A stretch of DNA of 63,959 nucleotides, counting the filler, from Nemertoderma westbladi (taxonomy: Eukaryota; Animalia; Xenacoelomorpha), in NCBI GenBank assembly GCA_032718475.1. It is 3 parts of 3 records of this genome, joined end to end, with 100 filler letters (N's around TTAATTAATTAA, not from the genome) between each part and the next. Parts side by side here need not be neighbours in the genome. Positions count along the whole stretch, not along the records: positions 28,175 to 54,499 come from JAUCBJ010005779.1; 2 more parts are not named here. One strand, 5' to 3'. Shown in pieces: positions 37,480 to 49,627 of the stretch; position 1 is the first letter of the stretch; each line of letters opens with the position of its first letter. A program made the position numbers and the translations under genes. The notes beneath the pieces are model-generated. The model had not been told where the DNA came from. It did no database searches and saw only the letters and a list, made by a program, of their open reading frames with translations.

Positions 37480-39594
37480 TATTGTCCTAATCGCCCTACT
37501 CAGGGATCCGTCCTACTCGGTTCAGGTCAGGTATTCTGGGTCATTGATCAAGAAAACTTGCCACCTTCAAGCCAAGCAGCATATAGGATGTGCCACCTGT
37601 GGCTGCATAGACCCCTCTTACTAGGGCAAATCTGGTCGTGTAACTAAACTAGGACCCCCTTCGTTTTGGGATAAGGACGCCCTTGGTCCTGGATTAAGGA
37701 CCCACATACTTGGCTGCAGGGGTACATGGCCTGGCCCTGCAGCTACCTGGGTATCTACCAATGGCTGGTCAGGAGTAGAGTGTTCTCATGTCCACTCTGA
37801 TGTCCACTGAGTGCACTTCACTGCGACCTGCACCTGGCAGCAAGGGTACAGGGCATGACCCAGCAGATGAGCTGCAACAGCCAATGGTGGGTCATGTACG
37901 CCAGAGTAGATATGGGTGATGGGCCTCATATCTGACTCCACTGCGACACCCACCCTGTGGAATGGCAAACCAGGGTGTGATATTTACCCCGAGAGCTGAC
38001 TCGGCAAAAAAGCACCCCCCAACCCCCACTATGGATTACATTAGCAATGGGGAGGTCCGGCCACTAGAGGCCAGTGGAATTACCGGACACAATCGGCCTC
38101 ACAGGCGTCAGTTAACTCCTGACCGGCTGCCTGTCTCACCCCCTACTGGAGAGAGAGTGGCCAACAATTCTGTGAGTCTCTTTCCGAATGGAGTTGAATT
38201 GGTCTATTGATGAATCCAACTGCACATGCAGCATAAGACAAAATAGACCAAATCTCTAACCGCATCATCCGTTGCCACTTCTCATGTTCTGGAAGACTGG
38301 CTAAGAAGTTTTCTAAGGTGGTTCTGATTGTGTGCTATTCTCCAACTAGTGTTCCCCTGTAGAGAAGGTGGAAAATTTCTACCACAATCTACAAGCAGCT
38401 ACTGATGGAGTGGATCAGCATGCATTCTTAACATTCCTGGGAAACTTTAATGCAAGTCTGCATCAATCACCTACATCGCCCTGGGTCTATAGCGATAGTG
38501 TTAACCGAAATTCCGTCCATCTTCAGGATTTCATCTCTGGAAATGGATTGTTTTCGGCTGGAACCCAGTTCAAGAAGCGAACTGGAAAGCTACGGACTCA
38601 CAGTGGACCCAGTGGTCACAAGTCCCAGATAGACAATATTCTGTTTCGTAGGAAATACAGGAGCTCTATACAAGACTATAATGCATTTGCACTTCGACCC
38701 TTCTCCCTAGTGATCACCGCCTTATTGTGGCCAAGGTAAGACTTAGTCTGCGTGCTAGCAGAACAACGAAATCTGCCTTGCCGCGGCTTGACTGGTCCTT
38801 TCTGTTGCAACAGCCAAGTGTGAGATCCAGCTTCACAGCTGAGCAACAGGTATGAGGTTCTTGCCGCTGAGGCGGCAGATCACTGTAAGGGCTATACTGC
38901 CCTTACAGAAGCAGTTAAGTTAGCAGTTGAAGAAACAGTGCCTGTATAACCTCAAAACGGGAAAAAGGCCCCCTGGACTGACCACAAAATTTAGAAGTGC
39001 CGAAATGACCTCTATAAGGCCCAGAAAGAGTCCCGACTCAAACAGACTACAGCGGCCAAGAATGCAGTTAAGTCAGTTTCCAGGATTTGGAAGTCACATA
39101 GAATTAAACGGAATCTTAAGGTCCAATTATTAAGAGCAGCCAGTACTCCTCTATGGGAGTCCATGCTGGGCTCTAACTGATGATGAGACCAAATCTCTCG
39201 ATTGCACATTCACAAGAATGTTACGCCGGGTTCACTGTGTCCAGTATAATGCACACATCTCCAACCAGACACTATATAACACTGGAGGTGTCTCATTGGT
39301 GCCCAAGTTGAAACTAGAACAAAGCCGCCACCGCTTTGCAGGACATTGCTTTCGCCGTGAGGACCAGCCAGAGGATAATCTTGTGCCTTGGCAGCCTCAT
39401 GGAGTGAATAAGCATGGTGGACAACCCATGATTTTCTTGAGAGGCATCTTAAAGGACACTGGCCTTGAAGACGCGGATGATCTAGGAAATGTCATGGGTG
39501 ATAGGGAATTGCGGCGGTGCAATTTTGTCGACAAGCCGGCACAGCATTCTTAAAATGTAGCTGCAATGCAGCATGACGATCCTAGTAGTAGTAG
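37480..39594 (+). mobile_element. Degraded RTE-like LINE with the RT core deleted
   Basis: APE endonuclease remnant (ENFYHNLQ..LGNFNA..SQIDNIL), C-terminal RHRFAGHCFRR and a (TAG)n tail at ~39583-39594. The 5' boundary is approximate. Confidence 0.8.
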
Positions 39595-39645
39595 CCGTAC
39601 TCAAGTGGTTACCTAGGTAACTGAGTTGTTTAAATAAACACTCAC

Positions 39646-39856
39646 CTCCTCCAACGCGGATGTACTGAGACGATGGCCAGCAACGTTGATGACGTCATCG
39701 TCCCTAGACAGGACGGAAACGTATCCATTTTGATCCTGCGTTCCCGCGTCCATGGTGTCATAGAAACCGGGAAAAGTTGAGAAGTAGGTCGACTCGAAAC
39801 GGGCGTCGCCGCCCTCGCCCCAAAGGGTGGAGAGGGAGCAGGGTGGTAAGGGTAAC
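39646..39856 (-). CDS. ACSS3: ACSS3 exon
   Basis: ccctag|G acceptor, LPLPPCSLSTLWGEGGDARFESTYFSTFPGFYDTMDAGTQDQNGYVSVLSRDDDVINVAGHRLSTSALEE, gtgagt donor. Confidence 0.95.
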
Positions 39857-40554
39857 CTAGGGTAAGGGAGGGTGGTAAGGGTAACCTATGGAAAGGGAGG
39901 GTGGTAAGGGTAACCTAGGGTAAGGGAGGGTGGTAAGGGTAACCTAGGGTAAGGGAGGGTGGTAAGGGTAACCTAGGGTAAGGGAGGGTGGTAAGGGTAA
40001 CCTAGGGTAAGGGGGTGGTAAGGGTGACCTATGGAGAGGGATGGTGGTAAGAGTAACCTAGGGGGGGGGGGGGGTGGTAAGGGTAACCTAGGGTAAGGGA
40101 GGGTTGGTAAGGGTAACCTAGGGTAAGGGAGGGTGGTAAGGGAAAAAGGAGGGTGGTAAGGGTAACCTAGGGTAAGGGAGGGTGGTAAGGGTAACCTAGG
40201 GTAAGGGAGGGTGGTAAGGGTAACCTATGGTAAGGGAGGGTGGTAAGGGTAACCTATGGAGAGGGAGGGTGGTAAGGATAACCTAGGGAGGGGGAGGTGT
40301 GGTAAGGGTAACCAAGGGAGGGGGGTGGTAAGGGTAACCTAGGGTAAGGGAGGGTGGTAAGGGTAACCTATGGAGAGGGAGGGTGGTAAGGGTAACCCAG
40401 GGAGGGGGGTTGGTAAGGGTAACCTAGGGTAAGGGAGGGTGGTAAGGGTAACCTAGGGAAAGGGAGGGTGGTAAGGCTAACATAGGGAAAAGGCGGGTTG
40501 TAAGGGTTACGTGGAGAAAGGGAGGGTACTATATAGGATGGTAAGGGTGACCTA
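39841..40554 (-). repeat. 29-bp tandem array (~24 copies) containing the splice acceptor plus 16 nt of exon
   Basis: Minus-strand unit tcccttaccctag|GTTACCCTTACCACCC. The last copy is the real acceptor. Confidence 0.95.
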
Positions 40555-40580
40555 CAGAAACACTGTTCTAATTAACTCAC

Positions 40581-40771
40581 TTGAGTACAATGCGACCCAA
40601 TGTACCTCGTTGTACCTCTTTGCCGTCTGGTCCCACTACACTCAGATTCCACCCGGGTACAGGCTGACCAGCCGTATTGGCTGGAGGGTGTCTACTGGCA
40701 CCCAATCCTATACAGGGAGCGGTCATTGGGAAACCCGATTCCGTTTGCCACCAGTGATCCAATACAGGAAC
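40581..40771 (-). CDS. ACSS3: ACSS3 exon
   Basis: ttttag acceptor, VPVLDHWWQTESGFPMTAPCIGLGASRHPPANTAGQPVPGWNLSVVGPDGKEVQRGTLGRIVL(K), gtgagt donor. Confidence 0.95.
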
Positions 40772-40981
40772 CTAAAACGTTGGTTAGTGTATGTATTTTT
40801 TGGTGAATTTGTGGTTTCATATTATTACTGGAGGTAAATTATTATAAAAATATATTATAGGATATTGTACTTCTTAAAAGATTAACAAGTATCAAAACAC
40901 AATTACCCATTGCTTTACTAAAGTAAAATCACAGCGATTGCTCTGTCACTATTAAGATTATACAATGTGACACAGCGTCAG

Positions 40982-42886
40982 TGACACAGGATACAATCAG
41001 CGACTGTAATCAGAACGCACCTTAAACACTCGCTTACTGACACAGGAAACAATCAACGACTGTAATCAGAACGCACCTTAAACACTCGCTTACTGACACA
41101 GGATACAAACAGCGACTGTAATCAGAACGCACCTTAAAAACTCGCTTACTGACACAGGATACAAACAGCGACTGTAATCAGAACGCACCTTAAACACTCG
41201 CTTACTGACACAGGATACAATCAGCAACTGTAATCAGAACGCACCTTAAACACTCGCTTACTGACCTAGGATACAAACAGCGACTGTAATCAGAACGCAC
41301 CTTTAGCACTCGCTTACTGACACAGGATACAAACAGCGACTGTAATCAGAACGCACCTTAAAAACTCGCTTACTGACACAGGATACAAACAGCGACTGTA
41401 ATCAGAACGCACCTTAAACACTCGCTTACTGACACAGGATACAATCAACGACTGTAATCTGAACGCACCTTAAACACTCGCTTACTGACACAGGATACAA
41501 TCAGCAACTGTAATCAGAACGCACCTTAAACACTCGCTTACTGACACAGGATACAAACAGCGACTGTAATCAGAACGCACCTTAAACACTCGCTTACTGA
41601 CACAGGATACAAACAGCGACTGTAATCAGAACGCACCTTGAACACTCGCTTACTGGCACAGGATACAAACAGCGACTGTAATCAGAACGCACCTTGAACA
41701 CTCGCTTACTGGCACAGGATACAAACAGCGACTGTAATCAGAACGCACCTTAAACACTCGCTTACTGACACGGGATACAATCAGCGACTGTAATCAGAAC
41801 GCACCTTAAACACTCGCTTACTGACAGAGGATACAAGCAGCGACTGTAATCAGAACGCACCTTAAACACTCGCTTACTGACACAGGATACAAACAGCGAC
41901 TGTAATCAGAACGCACCTTAAACACTCGCTTACTGAAACAGGATACAAACAGCGACTGTAATCAGAACGCACCTTAAACACTCGCTTACTGACACAGGAT
42001 ACAAACAGCGACTGTAATCAGAACGCACCTTAAACACTCGCTTACTGAAACAGGATACAAACAGCGACTGTAATCAGAACGCACCTTAAACACTCGCTTA
42101 CTGAAACAGGATACAAACAGCGACTGTAATCAGAACGCACCTTAAACACTCGCTTACTGAAACAGGATACAAACAGCGACTGTAATCAGAACGCACCTTA
42201 AACACTCGCTTACTGACACAGGATACAAACAGCGACTGTAATCAGAACGCACCTTAAACACTCGCTTACTGAAACAGGATACAAACAGCGACTGTAATCA
42301 GAACGCACCTTAAACACTCGCTTACTGACACAGGATACAAACAGCGACTGTAATCAGAACGCACCTTGAACACTCGCTTACTGACACAGGATACAAACAG
42401 CGACTGTAATCAGAACGCACCTTAAACACTCGCTTACTGACACAGGATACAAACAGCGACTGTAATCAGAACGCACCTTAAACACTCGCTTACTGACACA
42501 GGATACAATCAACGACTGTAATCAGAACGCACCTTAAACACTCGCTTACTGACACAGAATACAATCAGCGACTGTAATCAGAACGCACCTTGAACACTCG
42601 CTTACTGACACAGGATACAAACAGCGACTGTAATCAGAACGCACCTTAAACACTCGCTTACTGACACAGGATACAAACAGCGACTGTAATCAGAACGCAC
42701 CTTAAGCACTCGCTTACTGACACAGGATACAAACAGCGACTGTAATCAGAACGCAAATTAAACACTCGCTTACTGGCACAGGATACAAACAGCGACTGAA
42801 ATCAGAACGCACCTTGAACACTCGCTTACTGACACAGGATACAAACAGCGACTGTAATCAGAACGCACCTTGAACACTCGCTTACT
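40982..42886 (-). repeat. 56-bp tandem array (~34 copies) containing 18 nt of exon plus the splice donor
   Basis: Minus-strand unit AGTAAGCGAGTGTTYAAG|gtgcgttctgattacagtcgctgtttgtatcctgtgtc. The first copy is the real junction. Confidence 0.97.
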
Positions 42887-43093
42887 CCAATCAGCGGTAT
42901 CCATGTCGCAGTGCTCCCCCGCTACGAACAAGTTCCTCAACGAACTGAGATCGTAACCGTTGGCGCTTCCGGCCTCCGGATCCTCTTTCCGGATGGCCCG
43001 GAGAGCGGTCGGAGCAGTGAACAGTGTCACGATACCATGGTCCGATATCAACCGGAAGTATGCGGACGGGTCAGGCGTTCCCACCGGTTTACC
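42869..43093 (-). CDS. ACSS3: ACSS3 exon
   Basis: gcacag acceptor, GKPVGTPDPSAYFRLISDHGIVTLFTAPTALRAIRKEDP..LRNLFVAGEHCDMDTADWSKRVFK, gtgcgt donor. Confidence 0.95.
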
Positions 43094-43179
43094 CTGTGCG
43101 ATTAATATCATATGTAACAACCGGAGGAATTCCGGGAATTAATAACACAGAAACTTATTGTTTGTAAATATCCACATTA

Positions 43180-44600
43180 TCCACGAAGCTAAGGAAAATC
43201 AACTACTTTCGCTAAGAAAGATTTTCCTTAGCTGAGATGGTCTATTCATAGTGGGCTATTTTACTTGTATGGAGCAGATTTGGGGTTTTTTGACCGGTGA
43301 AAAAACTAGCCTTTAAAAGTACCCTGAAATTTTGCATGTATATACTACTCGTCGAGGCGCATCTTTTGGGCTAGGTCTCATATCCAGGAAAAATCTGGTT
43401 TCCATGCCAACGGACTTATAAAAAAGTCTATGTATTTCAAGTCAATATTTATAACTATATTTGTAGGAAAACTATAATAGATATAAACTTGGGGTTTCTC
43501 AACACAACTATAAAGTCCATAGCAGAGCCGATTGAGGTTAAATAGAAATTCCAGTTACCTTGGCAACCGGGCTAAACAGATGTTAAAATTTTTAAAATGT
43601 TAATTTGAAGCCAAAGGTTAAGGTGTGATGACTTGGGACCAATCCCTACCCCCACTATATAACTTATTCTGCTTCCGAATTTGATTGTTCTATTTTGCAG
43701 TTACCATGACAACCGCTGAAAACAGATGTTTTTATACAAAAATTACTCATTTGGACATAGACTTGGCGATAAAATTTTACGAAACTGGGTATGTGTTATC
43801 TGGACCACTAGTTGGAACTTTTAGTGAAACTCAAAACATTCCAGAAATATCTAGTTACCATGGTAACTGGAGCTTATTAAAGTCAATTTCATTCAAGTCT
43901 ATATTTTTAACTCTTGTTTGTAGGAAAACTGTATTAGATATAAATATTGGGTTTCCCAACTCAACTATCAGGAAGGTCCTTAGAGGAGCCAATTGTGGTT
44001 AATTAGAAAATCCAGTTACCTTGGTAACCAGGCTAAACAGATGTTATAATTTAAAAAATTATAATTAGAAACACAAGTTAAAGGCATTATGACTTGGGAC
44101 CAACCCCTACCACCATAATATCAGTTATTCTGCATCCAATCAACGTTGTTCTATTTGCCAGTTACCTTGACAACCACTGCAAACAGACTTTTTAACAAAT
44201 TAATAATTAATTTTGCACATAAACTACTCAATGAAGCTTCCTTGAAGTCGATGTGTCACCTGGAACCACAAACTAGATCGTAATGTAAAACTCAGCATTT
44301 CTAGAAAAGTCCAGTTACCTTGGCAATACCGGGTATTGGAAGAGACAGCAACAATACCTGCAATATCTTACTGTAAAGTTTGTAAATCAAATCATAAATC
44401 CGACCTTCTCACCAAAACAGTAAACTCTAAGTAAGCGAATATATTGCAGTATCGATCTCTTATAACCGGTGAGGCAGAAAACAGTCTACGAGCAGACAAA
44501 CTTCGATGAAACAAAATCCCGCGCAGCGAATCCTAAAATCAGGCTGACTCACTGACGGACTAAGGGGCTCGTACACTTTGCCGCGGTGTGATTTATATGG
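43180..44600 (+). mobile_element. Probable non-autonomous element with an internal ~480-bp diverged duplication (DINE-1-like)
   Basis: 43430-43730 recurs at 43900-44190. The start motif ccacgaagct(a)ggaaaat recurs inverted near 49820. A short ctga-type microsatellite lies near the 3' end. Confidence 0.45.
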
Positions 44601-46036
44601 TTTGGGCGAAGAGACGCTAGCTAGGTACACAGGCAGAGATTTGGAGATGTCTAACTAGCGGGCAAAGCACAGTACGGACAAAAGTTAATTTTATATATTT
44701 TGAGGTGTAAATAAATTTCTAACGCGCGTGTGTTAATTCTGAACGGTCAAAAAACAGTTTTGCTCCTTCACATATATAATTACTGGGTACGGTGTGCATT
44801 TTACGAATATTCTAATTTTATAACTTGTAGGTCCAATACTCACGAATGATAAGGTTCCTTCCCCTCTTGCGTATTTCCAGGACTCAAATTCAGGCATAGG
44901 GTTAATGCTACGCCCAGAATTCGGCAATTTTAGGTACCAGGTCCCTGATACTAAGAAGAGATGTGTTAGTTTACTACTGTAGGCGTACAGTTACTAATAG
45001 CTATCCTGGCTCCTATCTAGAATTTTAGTCACCCAGGTAGTCCGGGTAACTTCCTATTAGGGCGTTGGCGGGGACACGGTAGATGTTAGTATCCCTAATA
45101 GCCTCAATTTATTTGCGCCTAGCTGTAAACTGCCCTACCGCCTGAACGGTACAATCCCAATTCAGGTGAAAACACAGCAACCCCCCTAGCCTACAAGTTC
45201 TAATGCGATGGACACTGTCGTACTACAAATAGTCGCACACACACCTGTACTTAGCAAGAGTTAGGCGTACAGTTTGCTGCACCCTACCAATTTGTATGCT
45301 TCGTACCGGTGTGCCTACGTCCTATCTGCGTACTAGTATCTGCCTGCGCTCTCTCTCTCCCCGTAGGAATGTGAAGGTCTACTGTGGTTTTTCCTGAATT
45401 AAGACAGTACAGTCCCTAAGATGTAATTTTAGGCTCACAGCGTGTCACTACTTCTACCCTTTGATCTTTGGTCTTACACTTAGGTAGCGAGGCGTCGAAC
45501 GCTGTCTAACCTTTCAGGCGATGGGCGAATAACTCAAGATGGTATTGCGGGTTGTCTCTCGTCTACATTCCCCCGATGTTCCCGTTCATTGCTGCGGCCC
45601 GAGCTCTAGCCGGCCATCCTGTTCCTTAGGTTTGTTCACCGTAGTGAATCATGGTGAAAGAAAAGCAGATAGCGGTATTTCTGAATTTATTGCAGATAAT
45701 AATACAAAATGTAATCTGAGAACTAATGACAGAATAAACAAAATCAGATAACTCAATAGAATGAATTGCAACGAGTTAGAGCAATGAGATAACTAATGAA
45801 CAAATCGCACCTTTATATAGCAAATTTGTGCTGCAATCAATCGAGAACATTCTATAATTATATTGGGTTTTTAAAGATAACCATTGGTCCAGCTAATGTA
45901 TAACTTGCACGACATTGGATACAATCTAATAACTGCAGTCTCATTGGTTAATCTAGGTACAAACGAATGCAATTTAATTTGTAGCGGTCAATTTAAATGA
46001 GTTGAAATTCTGCACAAAAAATAATTCGCACTTACT

Positions 46037-46100
46037 AGGATTCGAACTCAATACCTACTACACATATAATTTCCAACGCTCTACCGACTGAGCTAGGCTT
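46037..46100 (-). other. tRNA-like head (SINE fragment or tRNA pseudogene)
   Basis: The minus strand has TAGCTCAGTCGGTAGAGCG (A box) and GTTCGAATCC (B box), but no convincing anticodon arm. Confidence 0.55.
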
Positions 46101-49100
46101 GGGGTGAAACAGACTGCTGGGAGGGGGGAAAAAAAAAAAAGAAAACCAGCAGGAAAACAAGGAAAAACAGAAAGGGGAAAAGAGGGAAAAGGGAACAAAA
46201 AAAGAAAAAAATGTGAAAACATTAGACATATTGCTGAAATGGTTTATTTTATAAGTAGATAAAAAAGTATGGTTTTCATTTTTAAATAGGACATTATTTT
46301 AACTACTTCCATTGAAATCCCAGTCAAAAATGTTCATGCGTATCGCATGTGGGTCACGCATCTAATTCGCATGCGAATCGCATGAGAAAGTGTCCAGACC
46401 TTTAGAAGCGATACGCATGCGGATATCATGCGAAGTACCCATGCGTATCGCACGTGTCTAGCATGCGATTCTCTTTAGTGTAGAATAAACCAATGGCCAT
46501 ATATGACCAAATAAATTAACCCTATCTGGTCCAGTCTATTTTACTACTCAATTGGCCCAGGGGGGGAGGGGCAGAGGGGGGTCATTTTAGACATTTGTTT
46601 ATATCTTGGCTCAAAAATTATAATTTCGATGGTTTAAAGGTTTTCGAGGTCGCTGTTTACGATAAAACTTGTTAAAAAAATATTCGGGCAATGCAACCGT
46701 CATTTTTAGTGCCATCTGGTGCTCCAGAATGAAAAGTACAAAGTAGCAAAAATTTCAAACTGTTAAATGTTGCCTTTGGTTTGATAAGTCTAAAGCTATA
46801 CTGGTTTTCAAGGTCGCTGATCATGATACAACTCGTTAAAATCATTCGTGGGAATATGAATGCAACTATGATCGTCGGTGCTTGTCTGCTCTGGGACGAA
46901 AAATACAAGTAGCATAAAATTTCAAATGACAAAAATCTAATTTGGTCGGATAATATGATATTGAGTGGCATATATGTGATCTAGCATCCTAAAAAACACC
47001 TTATGTCATAAAATCAGTTGATGGTTCTCTTCACACGATAACAGCAAGGGTGGACCATTCAACTGATAGCTCCTGAAATGAGGTCGTCGATTACTCCGGA
47101 TATCCTGGGTTTGAATTTCCTTCCGGAGTTGTTTAAATGAATAACCATTAGCTTTCATGCCCCGAGCCTTAGTAAGGAAGGTATAGAAGTTATTGTCAAT
47201 CATATTACCATGTATTATAATTTCAGCTCTATAATATTCACCACCACCATATTTTACTTCATATGTATTAACTTTGCCAATTAAATCCCGTTGAAAATTC
47301 CTAATACAATTGCGTGTGTAATATCCATATCAATTGTTTAGAACATTTAGAACATCTATTTGAGATATTGCTGTTTTAATCCGTGAATAATAATCGGGTA
47401 TAATAATAATCGCATAATAATGCAGTGATAATACAGTAATAATAAAGAATAGGGCCTAGCCTACATCAGATGTCATGATATATGATGCCTTGGGCTGAAT
47501 TCTGAATTGGGCTGAATAGAGAAGCTATTGAACCCCTAACCCTACAGTACCGGTAGGTATATTAAACGGCCTCTGCCTTTAAACACCTCTGCCTATTGCT
47601 ATAATAATAGGCTGATAATAGACCCCTAACAGCCTAAGGCAGGTATAGCGTATAGATAGGCAGCGTCACTGAAAGTACAATTTATAGAATTTAAATTTCC
47701 CTCTACTACCAGAGAACTCAATATTCTCACTGGATTTTACACTTACCTTAGCAGCTCCCTACCACGCACCTTAACAAGCTACCACCGACCTTAGCACGCT
47801 ACCACCGACCTTAGCTTTTACCACGCACCTTAGGCATTCCTACTCATGACAGCATGAGCTAGGCTTGGGGTGAAACAGACTGCTGGGAGGGGGGAAAAAA
47901 AAAAAAGAAAACCAGCAGGAAAACAAGGAAAAACAGAAAGGGGAAAAGAGGGAAAAGGGAACAAAAAAAGAAAAAAATGTGAAAACATTAGACATATTGC
48001 TGAAATGGTTTATTTTATAAGTAGATAAAAAAGTATGGTTTTCATTTTTAAATAGGACATTATTTTAACTACTTCCATTGAAATCCCAGTCAAAAATGTT
48101 CATGCGTATCGCATGTGGGTCACGCATCTAATTCGCATGCGAATCGCATGAGAAAGTGTCCAGACCTTTAGAAGCGATACGCATGCGGATATCATGCGAA
48201 GTACCCATGCGTATCGCACGTGTCTAGCATGCGATTCTCTTTAGTGTAGAATAAACCAATGGCCATATATGACCAAATAAATTAACCCTATCTGGTCCAG
48301 TCTATTTTACTACTCAATTGGCCCAGGGGGGGAGGGGCAGAGGGGGGTCATTTTAGACATTTGTTTATATCTTGGCTCAAAAATTATAATTTCGATGGTT
48401 TAAAGGTTTTCGAGGTCGCTGTTTACGATAAAACTTGTTAAAAAAATATTCGGGCAATGCAACCGTCATTTTTAGTGCCATCTGGTGCTCCAGAATGAAA
48501 AGTACAAAGTAGCAAAAATTTCAAACTGTTAAATGTTGCCTTTGGTTTGATAAGTCTAAAGCTATACTGGTTTTCAAGGTCGCTGATCATGATACAACTC
48601 GTTAAAATCATTCGTGGGAATATGAATGCAACTATGATCGTCGGTGCTTGTCTGCTCTGGGACGAAAAATACAAGTAGCATAAAATTTCAAATGACAAAA
48701 ATCTAATTTGGTCGGATAATATGATATTGAGTGGCATATATGTGATCTAGCATCCTAAAAAACACCTTATGTCATAAAATCAGTTGATGGTTCTCTTCAC
48801 ACGATAACAGCAAGGGTGGACCATTCAACTGATAGCTCCTGAAATGAGGTCGTCGATTACTCCGGATATCCTGGGTTTGAATTTCCTTCCGGAGTTGTTT
48901 AAATGAATAACCATTAGCTTTCATGCCCCGAGCCTTAGTAAGGAAGGTATAGAAGTTATTGTCAATCATATTACCATGTATTATAATTTCAGCTCTATAA
49001 TATTCACCACCACCATATTTTACTTCATATGTATTAACTTTGCCAATTAAATCCCGTTGAAAATTCCTAATACAATTGCGTGTGTAATATCCATATCAAT

Positions 49101-49627
49101 TGTTTAGAACATTTAGAACATCTATTTGAGATATTGCTGTTTTAATCCGTGAATAATAATCGGGTATAATAATAATCGCATAATAATGCAGTGATAATAC
49201 AGTAATAATAAAGAATAGGGCCTAGCCTACATCAGATGTCATGATATATGATGCCTTGGGCTGAATTCTGAATTGGGCTGAATAGAGAAGCTATTGAACC
49301 CCTAACCCTACAGTACCGGTAGGTATATTAAACGGCCTCTGCCTTTAAACACCTCTGCCTATTGCTATAATAATAGGCTGATAATAGACCCCTAACAGCC
49401 TAAGGCAGGTATAGCGTATAGATAGGCAGCGTCACTGAAAGTACAATTTATAGAATTTAAATTTCCCTCTACTACCAGAGAACTCAATATTCTCACTGGA
49501 TTTTACACTTACCTTAGCAGCTCCCTACCACGCACCTTAACAAGCTACCACCGACCTTAGCACGCTACCACCGACCTTAGCTTTTACCACGCACCTTAGG
49601 CATTCCTACTCATGACAGCATGAGCTA
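46089..49627. repeat. Apparently identical 1766-bp tandem duplication
   Basis: 46089-47854 matches 47855-49620, with identical ORFs offset by 1766. TGAGCTA occurs at all three junctions. Confidence 0.95.

Noticed and set aside
47006-47380. Possible Penelope-like RT C-terminal remnant in the duplicated block
   Set aside because: The resemblance is weak and frameshifted, and it needs a profile search.
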